Of a stretch of 64,000 bases of DNA, positions 29,441-37,682 are shown one piece after another. The translations under genes and the position numbers were made by a program. The stretch is taken from positions 946 to 64,945 of the forward strand of contig MFYJ01000001.1 of the NCBI GenBank assembly GCA_001787755.1. Reading direction: 5' to 3'. The first letter of the stretch is position 1. The number at the start of each line of letters is the position of its first letter. The notes under the pieces were generated by a model. That model did no database searches. It had not been told where the DNA came from and saw only the letters and a list, made by a program, of their open reading frames with translations. This stretch comes from Candidatus Peribacteria bacterium RIFOXYB1_FULL_54_35 (GTDB taxonomy: Bacteria; Patescibacteriota; Gracilibacteria; Peribacterales; Peribacteraceae).

Positions 29441-29953
29441 ATGACACAAATAGAAGACATTGCCAACGGAGCCCAACAGATTGTTGCAAATATTATGCAG
29501 AATGAAGACAGCTACACGGAAGTGGTTGAGGTACTGGAGCGCTCAGGCCTCGTCATCGGCCTGGATGTGTTTTCTGTTCTCATTGCAGCAGTCATCGGAT
29601 ACATCGGTGTCATTGTGATGACCTATGGCTGTTTCAAAGGTGTTTGGGACTTTTCCCTCAGCATCGGAAAACGCACAACACACAGGCACCTCCCGATGAT
29701 CCGCATAGAACTGGGCAAGCACCTGGCACTGGGACTGGAATTCCTGGTAGGCAAAGATATTGTGGAATCCATCGTCCACCCGACGTGGAACGATCTCGGC
29801 AAGCTTGGTGCCATCATCGCTCTGCGGACCGTCGTGACCGTCTTCCTCTCGCGCGAACTCAAAGAAGTGGAAGAGGAACTGAAAGTCGAAGGGCAGGAAC
29901 TCGCGCTGGAAGAGCGGCGTTCGAAACTGGCGAGGCAGCAGAAGAGCGCTTAG
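29441..29953 (+). CDS. DUF1622 family membrane protein
   Basis: RIELGKHLALGLEFLVGKDIVESI..PTW.DLGKLGAIIALRT; TATAAT 6 nt before ATG 29441. Confidence 0.88.
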   Translation: MTQIEDIANGAQQIVANIMQNEDSYTEVVEVLERSGLVIGLDVFSVLIAAVIGYIGVIVMTYGCFKGVWDFSLSIGKRTTHRHLPMIRIELGKHLALGLEFLVGKDIVESIVHPTWNDLGKLGAIIALRTVVTVFLSRELKEVEEELKVEGQELALEERRSKLARQQKSA

Positions 29954-30041
29954 TTTGAGGGAGGTAAATACTTTATGTTTTAGAAAGAACATAAATCTCA
30001 CATTTGGGTTACAATCTTAGTATTGTTTCCCTTTTTTAGTG

Positions 30042-30851
30042 ATGCAAAGCAACTACTACGTTTACGTGTATATCGACCCACGTAACTTTGAAGAGTTTTA
30101 TTATGGCAAAGGAAAGGGCAACCGAAAGAATGCTCATCTGAAAGACAAAAAGGATTCCGAGAAAACAAACATAATCAAGGCCATACGAAAAGAAGGTTTG
30201 GAACCTATTGTAAAAGTAATTGCAAAAGACCTTACAGAGAAGGAAGCCTTATTGATCGAAAAAACTCTTATTTGGAAATTAGGAAAAAATCTGACCAATC
30301 TCTCATCGGGTCATTTTGCGGACAAATTCAGAAGGCACCACACTTTCCATCTCAATCTTAACGGCTTTGATTTTGAAAATGGCCTTTATTACGTAAATGT
30401 TGGCGAACGAAAAGGTGGGAACAGATCTTGGATTGATTGCAGAAAATTCGGCTTTCTATCTGCAGGCCAACATCCCAAATACAGCAAACCCCTTCATACT
30501 TTGAATAAGGGTGACATTATTGTCGCCTATCTCAAATCTAAAGGATACGTCGGGATTGGGAAAATTACCGCGACAGCACAACGAGTAAATGATTTCAGAG
30601 TGAATGGTAAGCCTCTGCAGCACATGCAGTTATACAACAAGAACATCTTCAAAAACTGCCACAACAAAAATTCCGAGTATCTTGTTAAAGTTAAATGGAT
30701 CAAATCCGTTTCAGCAGAAGAGGCCAAATGGGAGGCCGGTTTATATGCAATAGAATTGATAAAAGCCTCATTAGAAAACCAGGATGCAACGATTAAATTC
30801 CTCGAAAAGGAATTCAAAGTCAGTTTTAGTGATCTATTATATGGGGCTTGA
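30042..30851 (+). CDS. GIY-YIG nuclease (LEM-3/ANKLE1-like) with C-terminal domain, AT-rich
   Basis: YYVYVYIDPR...FYYGKGKGNR...EALLIE..LI...LTN. C-terminal KGDIIVAY...GYVGIG...VKW pattern. Confidence 0.8.
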   Translation: MQSNYYVYVYIDPRNFEEFYYGKGKGNRKNAHLKDKKDSEKTNIIKAIRKEGLEPIVKVIAKDLTEKEALLIEKTLIWKLGKNLTNLSSGHFADKFRRHHTFHLNLNGFDFENGLYYVNVGERKGGNRSWIDCRKFGFLSAGQHPKYSKPLHTLNKGDIIVAYLKSKGYVGIGKITATAQRVNDFRVNGKPLQHMQLYNKNIFKNCHNKNSEYLVKVKWIKSVSAEEAKWEAGLYAIELIKASLENQDATIKFLEKEFKVSFSDLLYGA

Positions 30852-30863
30852 GAGGCATTAAGA

Positions 30864-30908
30864 TCAATTCCTCTGAATCACAATTCTGTCTTCAATCTCC
30901 TGATCAAC
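30864..30908 (-). pseudogene. diverged duplicate of the 3' end of the adjacent ATPase gene
   Basis: Encodes VDQEIEDRIVIQRN* versus VDQEIEDRIGIQRS* at 30982-31026. Confidence 0.8.
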
Positions 30909-30960
30909 CCTTCGACAGGCTCCAGCCTCCGCGCTTCGTGCTTCGGCCGACAGGCAGGGT
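30908..30960. repeat. nested REP-like palindromes
   Basis: cccttcgacaggct|ccagcctccgcgcttcgtgcttcggccgacagg|cagggt. Confidence 0.75.
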
Positions 30961-30981
30961 AAACTTCTTCCCTGTCTGCTT

Positions 30982-33603
30982 TTAGCTCCTCTGAATTCCG
31001 ATGCGATCCTCAATCTCCTGATCAACGAACACCTTTTTGCGGGCGTACTTCAGGCGGCTGTACTCCTTCACAAGCTTAGCAAGTTCCTCGTTACGATCAG
31101 ACTCGTCCCAGATGGTACTCAAGCTGAAGGGGCGTGACTGCACGTTGTTGATGTTCAGTTTGCAGTAACAGTTGAAATTCGGAATGCCTATGACGTCCTG
31201 CTCAGAGAGAACCGGAGCAAACTCCTTGGCCATGTACTCCGCATCCTCCGCACCGATCTTGAAACTCATGATGGTACCCACGTTCCCGAAGACCGCATCG
31301 CGCATTTTGGTGCTTGATTCGCCATACGCAGACGTCTTCCCTACCAGCTGCCCGATGTACTGGTGCGCCATGATGAGCGCAAGTTCATACTTACGTGCCT
31401 CAGAGAGGATAGTAGCGAAGGCGTCGGTCACGAAATTCTGGAACTCGTCCACATACAGGTAGAAGCGCTTGCGGTCCGCCCTCGGGACATCTGCACGGCT
31501 CAGGGCAGCCATACTGATCTTATTCACGAAGATGAGGCCGAGGAGTTCCGCATTCGTATCGCCGATTTTTCCCTTGGAGAGATTCACGAGAAGTACCTTC
31601 TGGGTGTCCATCACTTCCCGGATATTGAAAGCGCTTTTGGGCTGCCCGATGATGTTGCGCATGGTCGTATTCGTGATGAACGGACCGAACTTCGAACTGA
31701 AGTAAGGAATCATCTCCTGCTTCTCGCGTTCCCCTGTCTGGGCTATTTCATGGTCCCAGAAACTCCGCACCACAGGATTCCCGATCTTGCTGACCTTGTA
31801 ACGCTGGAACTCTTCGTCCACGAAGAGGCGCGGAACGTCGATGAGCGTCGCACCCTCCTCCTCGTCGTCCATCAATGTGAGACACCCGTTGCGGAAGTAG
31901 TGCTGGATGCGCGGGCCGAAGATCTCGTTTCCGAAGAGCTTGATGAAAATCTCCATGGCATCGAGAGCTGCACGGTCCTTCTCTTCCGGTGTTCTCGCCT
32001 CCAGCATATTCAGCCCCATGGGCCGGTTGATGTCGGAGGGATCAAAGACGATGACTTCCTTCGCACGGGACCTGGGCGTGTGAGCGAGCGCATCCTCCAC
32101 CAAGTCTCCATGAGGATCGACCATGCAGAGGCCATCACCATTCGCAATGTCCTGGCGGGACATCCAGCTCAAAAGTGCTGATTTTCCCGAACCGGATTTT
32201 CCGATGATGTAGTGGTGGCGTGTCCGGTCTTTTCCGAGGAACCGGACAGGTGTCTCGACGCCACGGTACTTGTTGTTCCCAAGCAGTATGCCTTCTGCAG
32301 GTGTATCGGGCGGCGGCGGCAGGACTTTGTAGGTACTCCACTGGATGACAGGAATTTTGTTGTAGCGGCTGTCCGGGAAGTGGTAGAGGCCTGCGAGCTC
32401 CTTCTCTACGAGAAGACACTGCGTATGGTAGTAGCCATTCAGCCGCCGCTTCCACATGGAATAGATGAACCTGGCATTCCACCTGAGCGGCATGATTTCC
32501 GTAAACATGCGCCTGTTCACGAAGTAGTTCCCGTAGCTATCTTTGAAGGAGTTGAATGCCACCTGCATGTTGTTCGTGATCTCGATAGCCCTCTGCCACG
32601 TGCTCGAAGAAGCAAGAATGCGTACAGAGCAGTGGTAGAAACTCATGCCGCCCTTCTCCCCCATGCGCTTGTAGAGTTCCTCCTCCGGCTGAATCATACG
32701 GATGAATGCATCCCCCTGCTTTGCCCCCGGAGCCATGTTTTTGGACGGATCGGAGGAGAACATGTCGAAGAAATAGCCGAGGAGAGCAAGCCCGGGAATA
32801 TGCTTGAGAAAATTATCCTTTTTCCCTTTGAACCTCATGGACGCGAAATCCTGGGATTTCTTCCCCCACCTGTTGGAGAATGAAGGAGTCATCACCATCT
32901 GAATGGCCGCCACTTCGTCTTCCTGCAGCTTGCTGAGAACGTTGGCAATACCATTGAGCGGATCATCCTGCATCTGCTCATAGAAACGCAGCGGATACAT
33001 GAATGGCCTCTTGAGTATCATGTTGTACCCAACAAGCTGCTTGCCCTTCGGCCAGATATCCGGAACTTTCTCCGGATACACTTCTGCGTCCGGATAGAAT
33101 GCAGTGATCTGCTTCTCGACGATAGAAGCAAACTTTGGCTGCGTTACCACGTAGAACACCAGCTCCCCCTTATCGAGGAACATCTCCATGCTGATGGTGA
33201 GATAGCGGAAAATCCAGAAGTGCAGCGTCTGCCAGATGGTGAGACTGCGCACTTCCCAGAGCGCGCGGTACAGCTGCTCCATCACAGCCATCTTCTCTTT
33301 GAAATCTTTATCCGTTCGCTTTTCCTGGTCAACCTTGCTGTCACTGCGGGGCTGGATAATCTTCAGCGCCACGAGCTTCTTCGCTTGGCGCAGCGCATAG
33401 AAAAAGCGGGCGTACTTTTTGAAAAACCTCCACAGCAGATAGGCAGAGAGAATCCAGAGCAGTGCTTCAATGGAATTGCCTGCAGGATCCTCGGTGATCC
33501 AATCCCACAAAGTGAACCAGATATCCGCTTTGAGCACACTCGTACCCAGCGCTGCAATACCCAGCAGAAGAGGCCAGAAAAACAAGGAGAGAAAGCCAGC
33601 CAC
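30982..33603 (-). CDS. VirB4/VirD4(TraD)-like P-loop ATPase with N-terminal TM segments
   Basis: HHYIIGKSGSGKS, DPHGDL, LYVDEFQNF, SEARKY, AHQYIGQL. Confidence 0.88.
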   Translation of the reverse strand: MAGFLSLFFWPLLLGIAALGTSVLKADIWFTLWDWITEDPAGNSIEALLWILSAYLLWRFFKKYARFFYALRQAKKLVALKIIQPRSDSKVDQEKRTDKDFKEKMAVMEQLYRALWEVRSLTIWQTLHFWIFRYLTISMEMFLDKGELVFYVVTQPKFASIVEKQITAFYPDAEVYPEKVPDIWPKGKQLVGYNMILKRPFMYPLRFYEQMQDDPLNGIANVLSKLQEDEVAAIQMVMTPSFSNRWGKKSQDFASMRFKGKKDNFLKHIPGLALLGYFFDMFSSDPSKNMAPGAKQGDAFIRMIQPEEELYKRMGEKGGMSFYHCSVRILASSSTWQRAIEITNNMQVAFNSFKDSYGNYFVNRRMFTEIMPLRWNARFIYSMWKRRLNGYYHTQCLLVEKELAGLYHFPDSRYNKIPVIQWSTYKVLPPPPDTPAEGILLGNNKYRGVETPVRFLGKDRTRHHYIIGKSGSGKSALLSWMSRQDIANGDGLCMVDPHGDLVEDALAHTPRSRAKEVIVFDPSDINRPMGLNMLEARTPEEKDRAALDAMEIFIKLFGNEIFGPRIQHYFRNGCLTLMDDEEEGATLIDVPRLFVDEEFQRYKVSKIGNPVVRSFWDHEIAQTGEREKQEMIPYFSSKFGPFITNTTMRNIIGQPKSAFNIREVMDTQKVLLVNLSKGKIGDTNAELLGLIFVNKISMAALSRADVPRADRKRFYLYVDEFQNFVTDAFATILSEARKYELALIMAHQYIGQLVGKTSAYGESSTKMRDAVFGNVGTIMSFKIGAEDAEYMAKEFAPVLSEQDVIGIPNFNCYCKLNINNVQSRPFSLSTIWDESDRNEELAKLVKEYSRLKYARKKVFVDQEIEDRIGIQRS

Positions 33604-33686
33604 GAAGCGAGAGAAGGGTTAGGAGAACGATACCAAGAATTCCGTGTATTGTAGCATATTTTCGGTTCTAAAGGTAGTACTTCAGC

Positions 33687-34727
33687 CTACTCACTGCTGC
33701 AGGAAGACACTTGCATGGTCATTTCTCTTCTCCGTCCTTCCTGTGTCCCGAAAATAAAACGGTACTCACCGCTCATGGAAGGAACGAAGCGAAACCGCTC
33801 CTCCGGGCCCACAAAATCCTGTATCCGCACCGTGTGCCCATCCGGGTAGGTAATACTTCGCACAACAAAGTAGCGGTTGGAGCCGAGATAGACCGAATCT
33901 CCAAGTGAGAGTGTATGGGGTAATCCCCTGTGGAAGCGCACATCACGCGTAATACGGCGCTGGTATGCCCGGGGCTTATCGGAACACTCATCCACCAGTT
34001 CCTTGTCGCCTAACCGACGGAATGTTGCCTGTATGACCCCGCGGGATATGGGAGATATTCTCTCGAACGCTGCTCTGCTCAGATCCATATCCCGGCCGTC
34101 TACATAGGGGCCACGGTCATTGATACGCACGACCACGCTCTTCTGATTCTCCAGATTTGTGACCTGTACAAGCGTGTCCTGCGGGAAACTGCGGTGCGCC
34201 GCTGTGAGCGCTTCCATATCGAACGTTTCCCCAAATGCGGTGCCCTGGCCGTGAAAATCATCTGCATAGAAACTCACAGAATGGACTTCCTCATTGAGGA
34301 ATGTATCGAGCGAGCGCATGAAGTCGAGCAGTTGCTCCCTGCTCTCTATGAAAGCATCTCCTCTGCGCTGCGCGATCGGATATTTCGCGAGCAGCCTGTC
34401 AAGATCGGACCGCTCAATATCCGGTCGTTCCTCCACATTGCGTGACCGGAAAAGCCACAGGAGAGCATCTTCCTGCGAGAGAGGATCTCCGGGACGAAAG
34501 AGCGTTTCTTCATCAAAAAATTTGCGGTCTTTTGCGTACGTAATTTCCAGATACCCCTCCACATCTTCCCTCACATCCTCGAATGGCACGGAACTTACTT
34601 CGTATGCAGGCCTGCGAATGGATTCCCACAACAGCAGAAACCCATCGCGACGGCTGAGGGGGCTGCTCGCCAGAGCAGAAAATGGAAGGGCACACAGAAG
34701 GAAAAGAAATATGATATTTCTCAACAT
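33687..34727 (-). CDS. RlpA-like lytic transglycosylase (DPBB) with degenerate SLH N-terminus
   Basis: Signal peptide; [38 protein letters not shown]. Confidence 0.85.
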   Translation of the reverse strand: MLRNIIFLFLLCALPFSALASSPLSRRDGFLLLWESIRRPAYEVSSVPFEDVREDVEGYLEITYAKDRKFFDEETLFRPGDPLSQEDALLWLFRSRNVEERPDIERSDLDRLLAKYPIAQRRGDAFIESREQLLDFMRSLDTFLNEEVHSVSFYADDFHGQGTAFGETFDMEALTAAHRSFPQDTLVQVTNLENQKSVVVRINDRGPYVDGRDMDLSRAAFERISPISRGVIQATFRRLGDKELVDECSDKPRAYQRRITRDVRFHRGLPHTLSLGDSVYLGSNRYFVVRSITYPDGHTVRIQDFVGPEERFRFVPSMSGEYRFIFGTQEGRRREMTMQVSSCSSE

Positions 34728-34766
34728 AAACAGAGTGCATTCTCAGAGAAAGAAGAGCAATTGACT

Positions 34767-36125
34767 TTAGAGAGCCTGCCATCCCGTGGCACGCACAAGC
34801 TGATAGAGCTCCTTCCTCTCCTCCCTCTGGAGAGTGGAAAGTGTTGCCGGACCCACTACCCCCGCACCATGGCTTGCAGGTGAAGAGATGATCCCGCGGG
34901 AAAGCTGAAACTGCTGAACAGCACTCTTGGTCAGCGGCCCGAAATTGCCATTGATCTTCTCGATCGGGAAAAGACCGCGATCGGCCAGGAGAGACTGCAG
35001 TATGCGAACCTGTCTCCCGTTATCCCCTTCTGAAAGGAACTGCTCCACTGCAAGATCGTGCTCGTCAAGATATTTTCCGGCTTCATGGAGTACGAGAAGC
35101 TTCTGCGCCCGCTCCCGAACGAGAGCACGATCCCACGCCGCGCGGATCTGCTTCAGAGTGAGTGGTCCTATGCGACCTGCACCAGGATCTTCTTCGGTCC
35201 CGACGAGCGCACTATCCTTCTGAAACTGCAGGATTGCTTCTGCAAGCGTGCCGTTATAGATGCCATCTGTCCGGCCACGGTAGTACCCGATGTACCGGAG
35301 AATGCGCTGCGCTTCACGCACCGTCTCTGCATCGCTCTCCCCGTCAACAAAACCTCCTATCGGACCCTCCACCCCCTTACGATGTTCGGCAGAGAGCACA
35401 AACGCCGCCGTGGTGGGGGTGAGTTCATCTGCAGGTTCAGAGAGGCGATAGTCCTGGAGAAAACGCGCGAGAGACTGCTCTGTTACTTCTCCAAAAAGAC
35501 CTGAAGCTGCATCGCGGAAATACCCGAGTTCCTTGAGTTTTTCCTGGAGTATTTTCACCGAGAGACTCTGATCGTTCCTCCGTGCTCGCACTGAAAGCAG
35601 ATTGCGGTTCTCCAGCCTGTACTCTTCCAACCGTGAGAGTGGAGCAGGCAGATCATCGAGAGCCACAGCCGTCTGTGGCTGATGGAAACCCGGCGGATAC
35701 ACCGTGCCAACAAAATACTGCGCTCCGAAGGCAAGTGCCCGGGCGAGTCCTTCCTCCCCATAGCCTGCCCACACGTCCAAACGATGCACACCATTGTCTC
35801 CCTCCTGTATCGCTCCACCGCGATCATGTACTGAAAGTACACCAATGCCAGGAAGCGCAACCTTGGTTCCGAAGGAGTAGCTCGGCGGGGCAGCAAGCAT
35901 TCCCGGATACACCTGCGTACCATCGGCAGCCTTCACGCCCTCGCCATTGAGCACCTTGTCTGCCTCATACCCTCCACGCACATAGCAACACTGATCCGGC
36001 AGCGGGGAGTAGTACGCTGTGACGAGGAATGTCTGCTCGTATGGCTCACGGTTGCTCCCCGCCCGTACCGGGTACAGGAACACCAGCAATGCAACCGCTA
36101 TGAAGATACGTTTTGGGATGAACAT
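34767..36125 (-). CDS. 3D-domain protein with peptidoglycan-binding repeats
   Basis: VTAYYS...AAP...DRGGAI...LDVW; repeated V..LQ..L...G..G.FG..T..A...FQ. Confidence 0.85.
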   Translation of the reverse strand: MFIPKRIFIAVALLVFLYPVRAGSNREPYEQTFLVTAYYSPLPDQCCYVRGGYEADKVLNGEGVKAADGTQVYPGMLAAPPSYSFGTKVALPGIGVLSVHDRGGAIQEGDNGVHRLDVWAGYGEEGLARALAFGAQYFVGTVYPPGFHQPQTAVALDDLPAPLSRLEEYRLENRNLLSVRARRNDQSLSVKILQEKLKELGYFRDAASGLFGEVTEQSLARFLQDYRLSEPADELTPTTAAFVLSAEHRKGVEGPIGGFVDGESDAETVREAQRILRYIGYYRGRTDGIYNGTLAEAILQFQKDSALVGTEEDPGAGRIGPLTLKQIRAAWDRALVRERAQKLLVLHEAGKYLDEHDLAVEQFLSEGDNGRQVRILQSLLADRGLFPIEKINGNFGPLTKSAVQQFQLSRGIISSPASHGAGVVGPATLSTLQREERKELYQLVRATGWQAL

Positions 36126-36201
36126 ATTTGTATTGGTTTCGTTCTATTATATCAAAAATCCTGTTTTCGTTCTGTGACACAAGAATGACAAAATATCCTA
36201 T

Positions 36202-37224
36202 TCAATTCCTTAATAGCATTTGTGAATATTCCTTCACAAGCACCTCCTCCTCGAGTCGCATGCCAAACTCCCCCTTAAAATAGACACCAGGTTCGATAGT
36301 GATGATTTCGCCTGCCCGGAGTATTTCTTCCGGAGCTCGAACCGAAATCCGGGCACCTTCGTGAATCTCCAGACCCACACCGTGCCCGAGCGAGTGAGAG
36401 AACTTCTTCTCGAAGCCATACTTCCGGAGTATTTTTCGGGCAGCACCATCCAGATCGTGCGTAGATACCCCCGCCCGAACGAGCTTCATAGCTGCAACCT
36501 TTGCCTCAGAGACGGCATGGAACGCGCGCTCCTGCTTCTGCGTCTTTCGCCCTGTGAAGAAAACCATGCTCTGATCGGCACAGTAGCCCTTGTACCGCGC
36601 ACCAACATCAATCTGGACAATGTTCCCCCTCCGGAAAACCCGGTCTGTTGGCTGATGATGCGGCCGGCTCGTGTGCGTACCGAAAGCAATGATAGGATCG
36701 AACGAGAGTGAATCTGCTCCGAGACACACCGCCCATTCCCCCAATTTCCAGGCAAGCTGCTTCTCAGTGATTCCCTGCCGGAGAGATTGTGGAATCCTCC
36801 GGAGCAGCTCCCGGGTTATCTTCTGGGCCCGGCGGAATTTCCGGATTTCTTCCGGATCTTTCGTGCGGCGAAACCCCTCGACAATCCCCTCCTTTTGAAC
36901 AAATTTTGTGTTCTTAAATTTGCGCTTCCACCTGCGCAGTTGCCCAAGAGTCACCGTTTCCGATTCACACCCGCAGCACTGGACCCTGGCCAAAACAGAT
37001 GTCATCCGACCCACATCCCGAACATCCACTCCCCTCCCCGCCTCTTCCTTCGCAGCTTCACTGTACCTCCCATCAACAAAAAGCGTGAAACGCCGAGGGG
37101 TGACGAGGAGGAAACCCGCACTCACTTCCACCCCGGTGAGATACCGGATATTCGTGAGCGCAGAGACCAGAAACGCCGAAACTCCTGCCGCGTTGAGAAG
37201 TTGCTGGGGCGAGGAGGGATACAT
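36202..37224 (-). CDS. Xaa-Pro peptidase (M24 family)
   Basis: IDVGARYKGYCAD, HSLGHGVGLEIHE, TIEPGVY, GMRLEE. Confidence 0.93.
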   Translation of the reverse strand: MYPSSPQQLLNAAGVSAFLVSALTNIRYLTGVEVSAGFLLVTPRRFTLFVDGRYSEAAKEEAGRGVDVRDVGRMTSVLARVQCCGCESETVTLGQLRRWKRKFKNTKFVQKEGIVEGFRRTKDPEEIRKFRRAQKITRELLRRIPQSLRQGITEKQLAWKLGEWAVCLGADSLSFDPIIAFGTHTSRPHHQPTDRVFRRGNIVQIDVGARYKGYCADQSMVFFTGRKTQKQERAFHAVSEAKVAAMKLVRAGVSTHDLDGAARKILRKYGFEKKFSHSLGHGVGLEIHEGARISVRAPEEILRAGEIITIEPGVYFKGEFGMRLEEEVLVKEYSQMLLRN

Positions 37225-37288
37225 GCACCAAGAGTAGCCTCAAAGAGATATTTGTGCTATCATAGAGTGATCTGTACCCTCTTTGCAG

Positions 37289-37654
37289 ATGAAACACTTC
37301 TTTCCCTTTCTCTCCAAAACCACTGCAGCTCTCACAGCCGCTCTCAGCGCTGCCACAGCATATGCTGCTCAGTACACCGGCGGGGGTCTGAACGCCGGTG
37401 CAGGTGACGCGGGCACCATTGTCGGAAGTACCGACATTCGCACCACTGTCATCAACATCGTAAAGGAAGTGCTCTCCTACATGGCACTTGCGGCCGTCGT
37501 CGTCATCGTCATAGCCGGCATCCTCATGGTTGTGAGCGCCGGGAACGAGGAAAGCAAAGAACGGGCAAAGCGCATCATCCTCTACACATTTGCAGGTCTC
37601 ATTATCATTCTCCTCGCGCAAGGGCTCGTGCAGATAATGGTGAACCTGAGTTAA
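37289..37654 (+). CDS. VirB2/TrbC-like (CPR T4SS-type) pilin
   Basis: Signal peptide, then two TM helices joined by SAGNEESKERAKRII...AGLIII. Confidence 0.8.
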   Translation: MKHFFPFLSKTTAALTAALSAATAYAAQYTGGGLNAGAGDAGTIVGSTDIRTTVINIVKEVLSYMALAAVVVIVIAGILMVVSAGNEESKERAKRIILYTFAGLIIILLAQGLVQIMVNLS

Positions 37655-37682
37655 CAGCCAACAGCGCACAACCTCTCCCGTC

